Part shown: piece by piece, positions 40,185-50,274 of the stretch
How positions within the stretch are numbered: position 1 is the stretch's first letter
How the letters are laid out: each line of letters begins with the position of its first letter
Assembly (NCBI GenBank): GCA_025359785.1
Contig: JANYET010000002.1
Coordinates: 40,598 to 104,597, forward strand
Direction: 5' to 3'
DNA from: Alphaproteobacteria bacterium
GTDB lineage: Bacteria > Pseudomonadota > Alphaproteobacteria > Caulobacterales > Caulobacteraceae
DNA: 64,000 nt
Translations under genes and position numbers: made by a program
The notes under the pieces: model-generated
Databases searched by the model: none
What the model saw: only the letters and a program-made list of their open reading frames with translations
What the model was told of the DNA's origin: nothing

Positions 40185-42344
40185 ATGAGCCGTATCGCTT
40201 CTGTGCTGCTGCCGATGCCTCTGCCCGAGGCGTTCGACTACGCCGAGCCGGACGGCATGGACCTGCAGCTGGGCGACCAGGTGTCCGCGCCGCTCGGTCC
40301 GCGCCTGCTGCGCGGCGTGGTGGTGGGCCTGCGTGAAGCCGTTGGCGGCAACCGGCCGCTGAAGCCGCTGGAGGGCATCCTCGAAGAGACCCGTCTGCCG
40401 CCGGGCACGGTGGAATTCGTGCAGTGGGCGGCGCGCTATTCAGTGGACTGGCCGGGCCAGCCGCTGGCGATCGCCCTGCGCGGGGCGCGCGCGCCGAAGC
40501 CCCGGCCAGTTCGGGTGACGGCGCTCACAGGCGTTGCGCCCGCAAGGCCGACGGCGGCGCGGGCGAAGGTGCTGGAGGCTGCCGCCGTTCCCATGAGCCC
40601 GCCGGACCTGGCGCGGGCGGCCGGCGTCGGCGTGGGCGTGGTGAAGGGCCTGATCGACGAGGGCGTGCTTTCGGTGCGGCTCGTCGAGGCCGTCGCCAGC
40701 TTCGATCCGCCCGACCCGTCGTTGGCCGGGGCGGTGCTGAACCCCAGCCAGGCCGCCGCCGCCGCCGAGCTGAAGGCCATGCTGGCGCAGGGCGGGTTCA
40801 ACGTGGCCCTGCTGGATGGCGTCACCGGCTCCGGCAAGACCGAGGTCTATCTGGAGGCCGCCGCCGCCGCGCTCGCCGCCGACCCAGGCGCCCAGGTGTT
40901 GATCCTGCTGCCGGAGATCGCGCTCACTCAGGCGGTGATCGGCCGCGTCGCCGAACGGTTCGGGGCCGAGCCAGGCGAATGGCACTCCGACGTCGCGCCG
41001 CCGGCCCGGCGCAGGGTCTGGGAGGCCGTGGCCAACGGCCGTTGCCGGATCGTGGTTGGCGCACGCTCGGCGCTGTTCCTGCCGTTCCCGAACCTCAAGC
41101 TGATCGTCGTCGACGAGGAGCACGACGCCTCCTTCAAGCAGGAGGAGGGCTTTATCTACCAGGCTCGCGATCTCGCCGTGGCGCGGGGCAAGATCGAGGA
41201 CGCGGGCGTGGTCCTGGCCTCGGCGACGCCGTCGCTGGAGAGCCTGCGCAACGCCGAACAGGGCCGCTACCGGTGGCTTAGGCTCTCGTCGCGCCATGGC
41301 GAGGCGCGGTTGCCCGACATCGCGCTCATCGACCTGCGGGAAAGCCCGCCGGACCCCGGCCGCTGGCTGTCGCCGGCGCTGGTCAAGGCCATGGGCGAGA
41401 CCTTCGCGCGGGGCGAACAGACGCTGCTGTTCCTCAACCGCCGGGGCTATGCGCCGCTGGTGCTGTGCAAGGCCTGTGGCGAACGAATGACGGCGCCGGA
41501 CACCGACAGCTGGCTGGTGGAGCACCGCTATTCCGGCCGCCTGGTCTGCCACCTGACCGGCTTTTCCATGCCCAAGCCAAAAGCCTGTCCGCATTGCGGC
41601 GCGCACGACAGCCTGGTCTCCATCGGACCGGGCGTGGAGCGGGTCGAGGAGGAAGCCAAGGGGCTGTTCCCACAGGCCCGCGTGGCGGTGTTTTCCTCCG
41701 ACACCATCTTCGACGCCCGCGAGGCGCGGCGGATGATCGAGGCCATGGCCGACGGCCATATCGATATCCTGGTGGCCACCCAGGCCGCCGCCAAGGGGCA
41801 CAATTTCCCGAACCTGACACTGGTCGGCGTGGTGGACGCGGACCTTGGACTGCGCGGCGGCGACCTGCGGGCCGCCGAGCGGACCTATCAGCTACTGGCC
41901 CAGGCGACAGGGCGCGCCGGCCGCAAGGACCGGCCGGGCCGCGCGCTCTTGCAGACCTGGGCGCCGGAGCACGCGGTCATGCAGGCGCTGGCCGCCCAGG
42001 ACCGCGACGCCTTCGTGGAGGCCGAGCTCGCCGAGCGGGAGCTGGCCGGCCTGCCGCCGTTCGGACGGCTGGCGGCGGTGGTGGTCTCGGGCCTGGACCC
42101 CGTCCAGCTGGAGGATTTCGTCCGCACCATGGCCCATGCCGCGCCCAATGCGGCTGGCGTCGAGGTCTACGGCCCGGCCGACGCGCCGCTCAGCCTGATC
42201 CGCGGGCGAAGACGCAAACGCTTCCTGGTCCGCGCCGACCGGGCGGTGGACCTGTCGGCCTACATGGCGACCTGGCGGGCCCGGGTGAGGCCGCCGGCCG
42301 CCATCCGCGTGGCAATTGATATCGACCCTTACAGTTTTCTCTAG
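40185..42344 (+). CDS. priA: primosomal replication restart helicase PriA
   Basis: Walker [17 protein letters not shown] box, and a Cys-rich zinc insert (CKACG..CHLTG..CPHCG). Confidence 0.9.
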   Translation: MSRIASVLLPMPLPEAFDYAEPDGMDLQLGDQVSAPLGPRLLRGVVVGLREAVGGNRPLKPLEGILEETRLPPGTVEFVQWAARYSVDWPGQPLAIALRGARAPKPRPVRVTALTGVAPARPTAARAKVLEAAAVPMSPPDLARAAGVGVGVVKGLIDEGVLSVRLVEAVASFDPPDPSLAGAVLNPSQAAAAAELKAMLAQGGFNVALLDGVTGSGKTEVYLEAAAAALAADPGAQVLILLPEIALTQAVIGRVAERFGAEPGEWHSDVAPPARRRVWEAVANGRCRIVVGARSALFLPFPNLKLIVVDEEHDASFKQEEGFIYQARDLAVARGKIEDAGVVLASATPSLESLRNAEQGRYRWLRLSSRHGEARLPDIALIDLRESPPDPGRWLSPALVKAMGETFARGEQTLLFLNRRGYAPLVLCKACGERMTAPDTDSWLVEHRYSGRLVCHLTGFSMPKPKACPHCGAHDSLVSIGPGVERVEEEAKGLFPQARVAVFSSDTIFDAREARRMIEAMADGHIDILVATQAAAKGHNFPNLTLVGVVDADLGLRGGDLRAAERTYQLLAQATGRAGRKDRPGRALLQTWAPEHAVMQALAAQDRDAFVEAELAERELAGLPPFGRLAAVVVSGLDPVQLEDFVRTMAHAAPNAAGVEVYGPADAPLSLIRGRRRKRFLVRADRAVDLSAYMATWRARVRPPAAIRVAIDIDPYSFL

Positions 42345-42355
42345 ACGTAGCCGCG

Positions 42356-43156
42356 TCAGTGAAGCGTGCGGTCATCGCCGCTCTTGGGCTTGCGGCGCTT
42401 GCGGGCGACCATGTTCAGGCCCTCGACGATGCCGGAGAAGGCCATGGCGGCGTAGATGTAACCCTTGGGCACATGCACCCCGAAGGCCTCGGCGATCAGG
42501 GTCGCGCCGATCATCAGCAGGAAGCCCAGCGCCAGCATCACGACGCTCGGATTGTTATGGATGAACCGCGCCAGCGGGCCCGCGGCGACCAGCATCAACC
42601 CCACGGCGACAATCACCGCGACCATCATGATCGGCAGGTGCTCGGTCATGCCGACCGCCGTCAGGATCGAGTCGATGGAGAAAACCACGTCGAGCGCCAG
42701 GATCTGGACGATGGCCGTGCCGAAGCCCAGGACGACGCGCCCTTTCTTGTCGAGCAGTTCCTGGGTCTCCTCGGGATCGACCGTATGGTGGATCTCGCTG
42801 GTGGCTTTCCAAACCAGGAACAGGCCGCCGGCCAGGAGGATCAGGTCACGCCAGGAGAATGTGAGGTCGACCATCGGATGGCCGTCGGCGAGCGACGGCA
42901 CCGCGAAGGGCAGCTTCAGGACCGGCTTGGTCAGGCTGACGATGAAGGCGATACCGGAAAGCAGGACAAGGCGCAGGATGAGCGCCAGGCCAATGCCGAT
43001 CCGCCGGGCCCGCGCGCGGCTGGCTTCCGGCAGCTTGTTGGAGAGCAGCGAGACGAAGACCAGGTTGTCGACGCCCAGGACGACTTCCATGACGATCAGG
43101 GTCAGAAGCGCGATCCACGCCTCGGGACTGGTGGCGAGCGTCGCCAGTTCGGTCAT
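42356..43156 (-). CDS. TerC family integral membrane protein
   Basis: 266 aa. [11 protein letters not shown] and [15 protein letters not shown] repeats are characteristic of TerC. Confidence 0.85.
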   Translation of the reverse strand: MTELATLATSPEAWIALLTLIVMEVVLGVDNLVFVSLLSNKLPEASRARARRIGIGLALILRLVLLSGIAFIVSLTKPVLKLPFAVPSLADGHPMVDLTFSWRDLILLAGGLFLVWKATSEIHHTVDPEETQELLDKKGRVVLGFGTAIVQILALDVVFSIDSILTAVGMTEHLPIMMVAVIVAVGLMLVAAGPLARFIHNNPSVVMLALGFLLMIGATLIAEAFGVHVPKGYIYAAMAFSGIVEGLNMVARKRRKPKSGDDRTLH

Positions 43157-43680
43157 TCGATGCTCCTCGCGCGCCCACGGCCACGTCGCTTCGCAAGGGT
43201 TCTAGCGCATCGGCGGGTTTCGGCCAGAGGGGCGGAGAATCGCTGAAAACGCCCGATTCGGCGGCGATCGGCGGTCTGGGCGCCCAAGTCGCGATCTTGT
43301 GAAGCCCGAACGCCAGAAATTCCCCCCACGCGCGAAGACCACCACCCGCGTCGCGAGCTCTTGTTTCATTCCGTTACAGGTGCGTGATCCTAAGTGTTAT
43401 AGGAGAACCATATGGCAACTATGATGTAAAACACCGCTGAGTCACAGCTTACAAGACGCCGCAAAAACGTATTTCATGGGATTTGTAACTTGGACCCCGC
43501 GAAATCACCGGCAAGTTTTTCTTGTCAACTCGGGAGTTTCGAAGTTATTCAGCCTCTTGGGCTTCAGCGATCCGCGATAGACGCGAGGCAGCGTTCTGAG
43601 GCCCGCATCTAAACCCTCTTTTCACTCTACGCGAGATAGGCTTATCTGCAGTTGAGTTCGTGTCGGGGAGTTTCAAAAAC

Positions 43681-44367
43681 ATGCTTAAACGGACGAGGAC
43701 CCTCATGGGGTCCCTTGCCGTCGCGGCGGTTCTGAGCCTCGTTCCCAGTCTTGGGGGCGCGCTCGCGGATACCTATTGGCAGTGCGTTCCCTTCGCGCGC
43801 CTGATCTCCGGCATCCAGATTTTCGGCGACGCCTACACCTGGTGGCAGCAGGCCATCGGCAAGTACGACGTGGGTTTCCAGCCCAAGGCTGGCGCTGTGT
43901 TGTGCTTCAAGCCCACCGAGCGCATGCGCCTGGGCCATGTGGCCGTGGTCTCCGAAGTGCTCACCGACCGCATCGTCCAGATCACCCACGCCAACTGGTC
44001 GCCGATCGATGGCGGTCGTGGCAAGGTCGAGAAGGACGTGACGCTGGTCGACGTCTCGGCCGACGGCAACTGGAGTCAGGTCAAGGTCTGGTACGACCCC
44101 AGCCGCGACCTTGGCGGGTCCACCTATCAGACCTACGGCTTCATCTATCAGGACACCCGGGCCAAGATCATGGCCTCGACGGGCCTGTCCGGCGCTGAGA
44201 ACACCGCCATCGCCATGGCCCAGACCGCGGCCAACCACATGGCCTCGGCCGTGCGTCCCGGCGGCGGACCGCTTTCGCTGCTGACCCAGGCGGCGGACTC
44301 CACCGATCGTATCGCGGCCCTGATCGCCAAGGCCACCCGCGGCGGCGACAACAACCCCAACGACTAG
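43681..44367 (+). CDS. CHAP domain-containing secreted protein
   Basis: SD GGGGAG precedes ATG 43681. A GTG at 43660 is also in frame. Signal peptide, catalytic Cys in YWQCVPFAR and His in LGHVAVVSEV. Confidence 0.75.
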   Translation: MLKRTRTLMGSLAVAAVLSLVPSLGGALADTYWQCVPFARLISGIQIFGDAYTWWQQAIGKYDVGFQPKAGAVLCFKPTERMRLGHVAVVSEVLTDRIVQITHANWSPIDGGRGKVEKDVTLVDVSADGNWSQVKVWYDPSRDLGGSTYQTYGFIYQDTRAKIMASTGLSGAENTAIAMAQTAANHMASAVRPGGGPLSLLTQAADSTDRIAALIAKATRGGDNNPND

Positions 44368-44431
44368 GTCCAATCGAATTGACGGCCCCGGCGCGGCGCT
44401 CCACTAGGGGCGCTCGCTTGCGGAGGCCTGC

Positions 44432-45388
44432 ATGCTGAAGATTCTAAAGCGTGGCGCGGCGGGTCCCGAGGCTGTCGCCGTGAATTCCGGCTGGATACCG
44501 CCACAGGATGCGCTCTGGCTCGACCTCCTGACGCCCACCCGCGAGGAGGAGCTGGTGGTCGAAGAGGCCCTGGGCCTGGCTCTGCCGACCCGCGAGGAGA
44601 TGTCCGAGATCGAGCCGTCGAGCCGGCTTTATCAGACGCATGGCGCGACCTTCATGACCGCGACCCTGCTGGCCCGCCGCGACAACGCCAAGAGCCGCGC
44701 CGACGCGCCGGTGACCTTCGTGCTGGCCAAGGGCCTGCTGATCACCATCCGCTACGACGAGCTGAAGGCCTTCGACCTGTTCGCCGAGCGCGCCCAGGCG
44801 CTGGAGGTCGCCTCGTCCTCGTCGTGCCTGTTCAATCTGCTGGACACGGTGGTGGAGCGGCTCGCCGACCTGCTGGAACACACTGGCGCGGAGGTCGAGA
44901 CGGTGTCCGCGGCGATTTTCGCCCGGCCCAAGGGGGCGCAGTTCGAGGCGCTGCTCACCGAGCTGGCGCGCGCGCAGTCGCTGACGTCGATGACCCGCAA
45001 CAGCCTGGTCAGCCTGGCGCGGCTGTTCAGCTTCACGGCGCTGGCCCAGGAGGTCATGGCCGATCGGGAGTGCCAGGCGCATCTGAAGACCTTGCAGCGG
45101 GACGCCCAGTCGCTGACCGAGCACGCCGGCGCCCAGTCCAACCACATCGCCTTCCTGCTCGACGCCGCGCTGGGCCTGATCAACATCGAGCAGAACGGCA
45201 TCATCAAGTTCTTCTCGGTGGCCGCGGTGATCCTGATGCCGCCCACCCTGGTCGCGTCGATTTACGGCATGAACTTCAAGCACATGCCGGAGCTGGACTT
45301 CCCCTTTGGCTATCCGATGGCGCTGAGCATGATGGCCATTTCGGCCATCGTTCCGATCCTGTGGTTCAAGCGGCGCGGCTGGTTTTGA
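44432..45388 (+). CDS. corA: CorA family divalent cation transporter
   Basis: SD gcggagg. C-terminal two TM segments with YGMNF signature. Confidence 0.85.
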   Translation: MLKILKRGAAGPEAVAVNSGWIPPQDALWLDLLTPTREEELVVEEALGLALPTREEMSEIEPSSRLYQTHGATFMTATLLARRDNAKSRADAPVTFVLAKGLLITIRYDELKAFDLFAERAQALEVASSSSCLFNLLDTVVERLADLLEHTGAEVETVSAAIFARPKGAQFEALLTELARAQSLTSMTRNSLVSLARLFSFTALAQEVMADRECQAHLKTLQRDAQSLTEHAGAQSNHIAFLLDAALGLINIEQNGIIKFFSVAAVILMPPTLVASIYGMNFKHMPELDFPFGYPMALSMMAISAIVPILWFKRRGWF

Positions 45389-45468
45389 AATAACCTGATC
45401 GCTGAACGCCGACCCGCAACCGTTCTTTAAGTGACCGGGGGCCATCCTGGGGGGCGCAAAGGTCCCGC

Positions 45469-46683
45469 ATGTCTTCCAAAGCTCAACCCCACCATCTGGC
45501 TCTCGACGCCCAGGCGCTGCGAGAGGCCGTAGAGGCGCACCAGAAATATCTGGCCGGCCGCTCGGGTGGCCGTCGGCTCAGTCTGACCTATGCCGACCTT
45601 TCCAACTGCACGCTGGAGGGCCTCGACCTGCGCGAGGCCGACTTCGCGGGCGCGAATTTCAACGGGGCGACGCTGGCCCGCGCCAACCTGAGCCGCGGCA
45701 TCCTGTTCGGCGCGGACCTGCGCGAAGCCGACCTGCGCCGCGCCAACCTGTCCAAGGCCGACCTGCGCGGCGCCTGCCTGCGCGGCGCGAACCTGGCCGG
45801 GGCCGAGCTGCCCGGCTGCGACCTGCGCGAGGGTCGGATCGCGTTGCAGGACAAGCTCGACGGCTTCCGCATCCTTCGCCACGAGCATCGTCCGGGCGAG
45901 CTCAACTACGCCATCCTCTCCGGGGCCAACCTGTCCGGCGCGCAGATGACCGGCGCGGTCGCCATGTCGAGCGACTTCACTGACGCCAATCTTTCCGGCG
46001 CGCAGATGGCCGGCGCCAAGCTGACCCGCGCGGTGCTCGACGGCGCGGACCTGACCGGCGCGGACCTGGCCGGCGCTGACCTCTCCGGCGCTTCGATGAA
46101 GCGCACCGTCTTGTCGGGCGCCATCCTCGACAACGCTATCCTCGACAATGTCGATATGTCCGACGTGCTGCGCGCGCCGCCAGCGGTGACCTTCGTCGAC
46201 GACCGACCCCTCGACCAGGTGCTGACCGATCACGAGGCCTACTGCGACTCCAGCGGCGACCGGGGCTCGGTCACCAACCTCAGCGGTGTCGACTTCCGGC
46301 CGATGCGCTCGCTGAAGGAGCGGCGCTTCACCGCGATGATCGCGCGCGGCGGCATCTTCTTCGGACTCGACCTGCAGGCCGTGCAGTTCCAGGGCGCCGA
46401 CCTGTCCGGCAGCGATTTCCGCGGTTGCGACCTGCGCGACGCCGATCTGCGCGGCGCCAAGCTCGCTGGCGCCTCTTTCACCCGCTCCGACCTGCGCGGG
46501 GCCAAGCTCGGCCCGTTGACCATTGGCGACGGCCGCTTTGTCCGCACAGACTTCACCCGCGCGGTGCTGCGCGGGGCCGACCTGCGCGGGGCGCACGCCC
46601 ACCGCGCGCGGTTCCTGGAAGCTGACATGCACGGCGCCAACATGGCCGGCTGCGACCTGACAGACGCCGAACTGGAAGTCTGA
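45469..46683 (+). CDS. pentapeptide repeat-containing protein
   Basis: 404 aa. Long runs of A(D/N)LxG-type pentapeptides (ADLREADLRRANLSKADLRGACLRGANLAGAEL) in several blocks separated by non-repeat linkers. Confidence 0.85.
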   Translation: MSSKAQPHHLALDAQALREAVEAHQKYLAGRSGGRRLSLTYADLSNCTLEGLDLREADFAGANFNGATLARANLSRGILFGADLREADLRRANLSKADLRGACLRGANLAGAELPGCDLREGRIALQDKLDGFRILRHEHRPGELNYAILSGANLSGAQMTGAVAMSSDFTDANLSGAQMAGAKLTRAVLDGADLTGADLAGADLSGASMKRTVLSGAILDNAILDNVDMSDVLRAPPAVTFVDDRPLDQVLTDHEAYCDSSGDRGSVTNLSGVDFRPMRSLKERRFTAMIARGGIFFGLDLQAVQFQGADLSGSDFRGCDLRDADLRGAKLAGASFTRSDLRGAKLGPLTIGDGRFVRTDFTRAVLRGADLRGAHAHRARFLEADMHGANMAGCDLTDAELEV

Positions 46684-46739
46684 GCGTCTTCTCACGCGAC
46701 CTGGTGCGGCTATATGGGGCAGAGCACTCAGGGGATCTC

Positions 46740-47624
46740 ATGACCGCGGCGAGCCACATCCAACCGCTTGAGCGGCTGATCCCATTGCCTGCGCGTGGCG
46801 GAGCGATGGCGGCGTTGGAGATGGGACCTGGCGACCGGCCGGTGGATATCGTCTTTTCCCACGCCAACGGGTTCAACGGCCGGACCTACCGCTCGATCCT
46901 GCAACCGCTGGCGGCGGACCTGCGCATCCTGGCCGTCGACCTTCGCGGACATGGGGCGAGCACCCTGCCGGCGGCGATCGAAGGCCGCGCCGGATGGATG
47001 GCGTTCCGCGACGACCTGCTGGCGCTCCTGGAGGCTGTCGCCGACGGACCGGTGGTGTTGGCCGGCCACTCCATGGGCGGGACCACGAGCCTGCTGGCCG
47101 CCGCGGCTGACCCGGGCCGCGTCCGGGCGCTTGCCCTCTTCGATCCGGTGATCTTCCCGGCCGAAGCGCAAGGTCCGTCAGCGCCGGAGTCGCCGCTGGT
47201 GGCCGGGGCGCTGCGGCGGCGCGCGACGTTTCCCAGCAAGTCGGCGGCCTATGAGGCCTATCTTGGGCGCGGCGCCTTCAAGACCTGGGCGCCTGACCAG
47301 CTAGCCGACTATGTGGCGGCCGGGTTCCGGGAGACCGAGGCCGGCGACGTGACGCTGACCTGCACGCCGGCCTGGGAGGCCTCGAACTTCCGCACGCACA
47401 ACTACGATCCGTGGGCGGCCTTCCACACGAGCCGATGCCCGATCCGCGTCCTGCGCGCCGAGGTGGCGTCGACCTTCCGCCTTGATGAGCGTGAGGCCGG
47501 CCTCGACGCCGACCGCATCGCCATCGAGACGGTTCCCGGAACCAGCCACTTCCTGCCGATGGAACGCCCCGATCTGGTGCGGGCGACCCTCACCGCCACG
47601 GCCGAACTGAGGGCTAAAGCGTAA
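46740..47624 (+). CDS. alpha/beta hydrolase
   Basis: SD cagggga precedes ATG 46740. Nucleophile elbow GHSMGG, HG oxyanion motif FSHANGF, and C-terminal GTSHFLPMERP. Confidence 0.8.
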   Translation: MTAASHIQPLERLIPLPARGGAMAALEMGPGDRPVDIVFSHANGFNGRTYRSILQPLAADLRILAVDLRGHGASTLPAAIEGRAGWMAFRDDLLALLEAVADGPVVLAGHSMGGTTSLLAAAADPGRVRALALFDPVIFPAEAQGPSAPESPLVAGALRRRATFPSKSAAYEAYLGRGAFKTWAPDQLADYVAAGFRETEAGDVTLTCTPAWEASNFRTHNYDPWAAFHTSRCPIRVLRAEVASTFRLDEREAGLDADRIAIETVPGTSHFLPMERPDLVRATLTATAELRAKA

Positions 47625-48531
47625 GACCTTCGATCTCTCGCGACCTGGCTTCGGCCAGGGCCTCATCGCTGAGCGTGATGATCTTGCGGGTCTCGAGGTC
47701 GAAGGACACGGCGATGGCCTCGGCGACCCCCCAGGCGCGGCCCGACTCTGGGTCGAGCAGCCAGTGGGTCAGCTTCCGGAAGCGCGCGTCGCCGCCGGAA
47801 GCGCCCGATCGCAGCTCCACCCGGTCGCCGGCCCGAGGCCAGTCGAGGTGGATCAGGCGGTATTCGAGGGCAGCCCCACCCACCGGCTTGTCCGGGTCGC
47901 CCGAGCCCGGCCGCTTGCCGTCGAAGAAGTGCGGGATGGCGGCGGAGATGCGGCTCATCACCTGATCCGTGCGCATCCGGCCGAAGACGTCGCAGTCGCT
48001 GTCGCGGACGGCGCCCAGGGCGGTGCGGGCGACACCCAGCGCCTCGGCGCGCGCCCGGCTCGCCTGGCTCACCACCGGCTCCAGGCCAAGGCTGCGGGGC
48101 GCGGCCTCCGGCGGAACCGCGATCGTCAGCGCGACCGCGCGGTCCAGCACCCGTTGCGGCCAGGGAAAGGGCCGGCCGTCGCGCGCCGTGGCATGGGCGA
48201 CCACCGTCTGGAAGCTGGCGGCCAGGTCCCCCGAGCGGTGATGCAGCAGGAACAGCAGGCGCGCGTCGGTCTCGCCGATATCGACAACACCCGCGGTCAT
48301 GATCAGCGGCGCGTTGGGCCGGGCCTCGCGCAGGAAGCGGATGTGCTGCTCCCGGACGATCAGCGTCGCCCGCGCGTCCGGGGCGAACGCGCCCGGCATG
48401 CCCAGTTCGGCCGCCAGCCCGATCAGGCCCTCCATCGACTTGGCCACGTAGAAGCCAACGTTCAGGTGGCCCATGGCGTCGCATTCCCACATGGCGACGC
48501 TACCCCGCCAGACTTCCACCGCTTCGCCCAC
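47614..48531 (-). CDS. double hotdog-fold acyl-CoA thioesterase
   Basis: ORF 47614..49401 trimmed to GTG 48531 (SD GGGGAG 8 nt upstream), because the upstream part overlaps the cytochrome b gene. ECDAMGHLNVGFY and DCDVFGRMRTDQV mark two 4HBT-like halves. Confidence 0.7.
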   Translation of the reverse strand: MGEAVEVWRGSVAMWECDAMGHLNVGFYVAKSMEGLIGLAAELGMPGAFAPDARATLIVREQHIRFLREARPNAPLIMTAGVVDIGETDARLLFLLHHRSGDLAASFQTVVAHATARDGRPFPWPQRVLDRAVALTIAVPPEAAPRSLGLEPVVSQASRARAEALGVARTALGAVRDSDCDVFGRMRTDQVMSRISAAIPHFFDGKRPGSGDPDKPVGGAALEYRLIHLDWPRAGDRVELRSGASGGDARFRKLTHWLLDPESGRAWGVAEAIAVSFDLETRKIITLSDEALAEARSREIEGLTL

Positions 48532-48669
48532 GTCGCCCGCTCCCCTGCCTGCGGGCGAACTTAGGGGCCGTCGCGGCCGCCGCCTAGCGCGACCCTGTAA
48601 CCTTCGCCGTCTCGCATCCGAATGGCTTTCGTGGCAGGTAGTGATGCAGGGCGGGAGGAACACGCGACG

Positions 48670-49500
48670 ATGGCAAAGTCCGAGACGGTTCTGGTCTACC
48701 GACACGCTGCGGTGACGCGCCTGACCCACTGGATCAATGTGGTTGCGCTCACCCTGCTGCTGATGAGCGGCCTCAACATCTTCGGCGCCCATCCGGCGCT
48801 CTACTGGGGCCAGAAGGCGGTCTTCGCCAAGCCCTGGATCTCCATCGGCGCCGAGATGAAGGGCGACGACATGGTCGGCGTGACCCAGATCGGCTCGGCC
48901 AAGTTCAACACCACCGGCGTCCTGGGCTATTCCGGCAAGGTCGGTCACCGCGAGCCGGTGGCCTTCCCGTCCTGGGCCACCGTGCCCAGTTTCCGAGACC
49001 TGGCCGATAGCCGTCACTGGCACTTCTTTTTCGCCTGGCTCTTCGTCTTCAACGGCCTCATCTACTGGCTGGTCGGCCTGATCGGCGGCCACATCCGCAA
49101 GGATCTCTTGCCCACCCGGCACGACGTCGCGCCCCGGAACGTCTGGCATGAGGTGGTCACCCACGCGAAGCTCAGGTTCCCCAAGGGCGAAGAGGCCCGG
49201 CGCTATAACGTGCTGCAGAAGGTCACCTATCTGGGCGTGGTGCTGATCCTGCTGCCCCTGATGGTGCTGACCGGGCTCTGCATGTCGCCGGGGTTCAACG
49301 CGGCCACCACCTGGCTGGTGGATTTCTTTGGCGGCCGGCAGTCGGCGCGGACGATCCACTTCCTCAGCGCCTTCACCATCGTGGGTTTCGTACTGCTGCA
49401 CCTGTTCATGGTGGTGGCGTCGGGGACCTGGAACAACATCCGCTCGATGATAACCGGCCGCTACGCGATCGTGCCGGACAAGACGGGAGAGCCCACATGA
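48670..49500 (+). CDS. cytochrome b561-type (Ni/Fe-hydrogenase b-type cytochrome-like) membrane protein
   Basis: Start at MAKSETVLVYRH. Conserved RLTHWINVVALTLLLMSGL heme-ligand region and four TM segments. Confidence 0.8.
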   Translation: MAKSETVLVYRHAAVTRLTHWINVVALTLLLMSGLNIFGAHPALYWGQKAVFAKPWISIGAEMKGDDMVGVTQIGSAKFNTTGVLGYSGKVGHREPVAFPSWATVPSFRDLADSRHWHFFFAWLFVFNGLIYWLVGLIGGHIRKDLLPTRHDVAPRNVWHEVVTHAKLRFPKGEEARRYNVLQKVTYLGVVLILLPLMVLTGLCMSPGFNAATTWLVDFFGGRQSARTIHFLSAFTIVGFVLLHLFMVVASGTWNNIRSMITGRYAIVPDKTGEPT

Positions 49501-50273
49501 CCCTCTCCACCCACCGCCGCGGCTGGCTGCGAGCCGGGCTGGCCTCGGTCGGCGCCCTGGTGCTGGGCGCCTGCGACAAGATCACAGCTGATCCCAAGGG
49601 CGTCGCGTTTCTGCAAAGCGCCGAGGGCCTGACCCGCCGGGCGCAACGGCTGTTCGTCGATCGCAAGGCGCTGGCGCGGGAGTTCACCCACGCCGACATC
49701 TCGCCGGACTTCCGGCCCAACGGCTCGATCAGCCCAGCTGACGAAGACTACGTCGCGCTGAAGACCGCGGGCTTCGCCGACTATCGCCTGGTGATCGACG
49801 GCCTGGTGGAAAAGCCCCTTTCGCTCAGCCTCGCCGACCTCCGCGCCCAGCCGTCCCGCACCCAGATCACCCGCCACGACTGCGTCGAAGGCTGGTCGTC
49901 GATCGCCAAGTGGACCGGTGCGCGGCTGGGCCCGCTGCTGGATCAGGCGGGCCTGAAGCCCACCGCCCGCTACATCGTCTTCCATTGCGGCGACACGCTG
50001 GAGGAGAGCCTGGACGGCACGGGCAAGTACTACGAGAGCATCGACTTGATCGACGCGCATCACCCGCAGACCATTCTAGCCTACGCGATGAACGACCGGG
50101 TCCTGCCCGTGGCGCACGGCGCGCCGCTGCGCCTGCGTGTCGAGCGTCAGCTCGGCTACAAGCAGGCCAAATACATCATGCGCATCGAGGTGGTGGAGGA
50201 CTACAAGCACCTCGGCCGCGGCAATGGCGGCTTCTGGGAAGACCGCGGCTACGAGTGGTACGCGGGGATCTAA
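49497..50273 (+). CDS. molybdopterin-dependent oxidoreductase (sulfite oxidase family Mo-binding domain)
   Basis: ATGA overlap with the upstream gene. Twin-Arg/lipobox-like N-terminus HRRGWLRAGLASVGALVLGAC. RHDCVEGWS Mo-ligand Cys motif and GAPLRLRV. Confidence 0.8.
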   Translation: MTLSTHRRGWLRAGLASVGALVLGACDKITADPKGVAFLQSAEGLTRRAQRLFVDRKALAREFTHADISPDFRPNGSISPADEDYVALKTAGFADYRLVIDGLVEKPLSLSLADLRAQPSRTQITRHDCVEGWSSIAKWTGARLGPLLDQAGLKPTARYIVFHCGDTLEESLDGTGKYYESIDLIDAHHPQTILAYAMNDRVLPVAHGAPLRLRVERQLGYKQAKYIMRIEVVEDYKHLGRGNGGFWEDRGYEWYAGI

Positions 50274-50274
50274 T

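Noticed and set aside
43157-43330. Possible yybP-ykoY manganese riboswitch in front of the TerC-family gene
   Set aside because: I could not find the conserved GGGGAGUAG 5' element or the matching 3' conserved segment on the coding strand. Only a generic hairpin plus U-run is present. A cmsearch would settle it.
48532-49401. N-terminal 290 aa of the 595-aa minus-strand ORF 47614..49401
   Set aside because: It overlaps the well-supported cytochrome b561 gene on the plus strand. Thioesterase similarity begins only near 48531, where a GTG with a GGGGAG SD is present.
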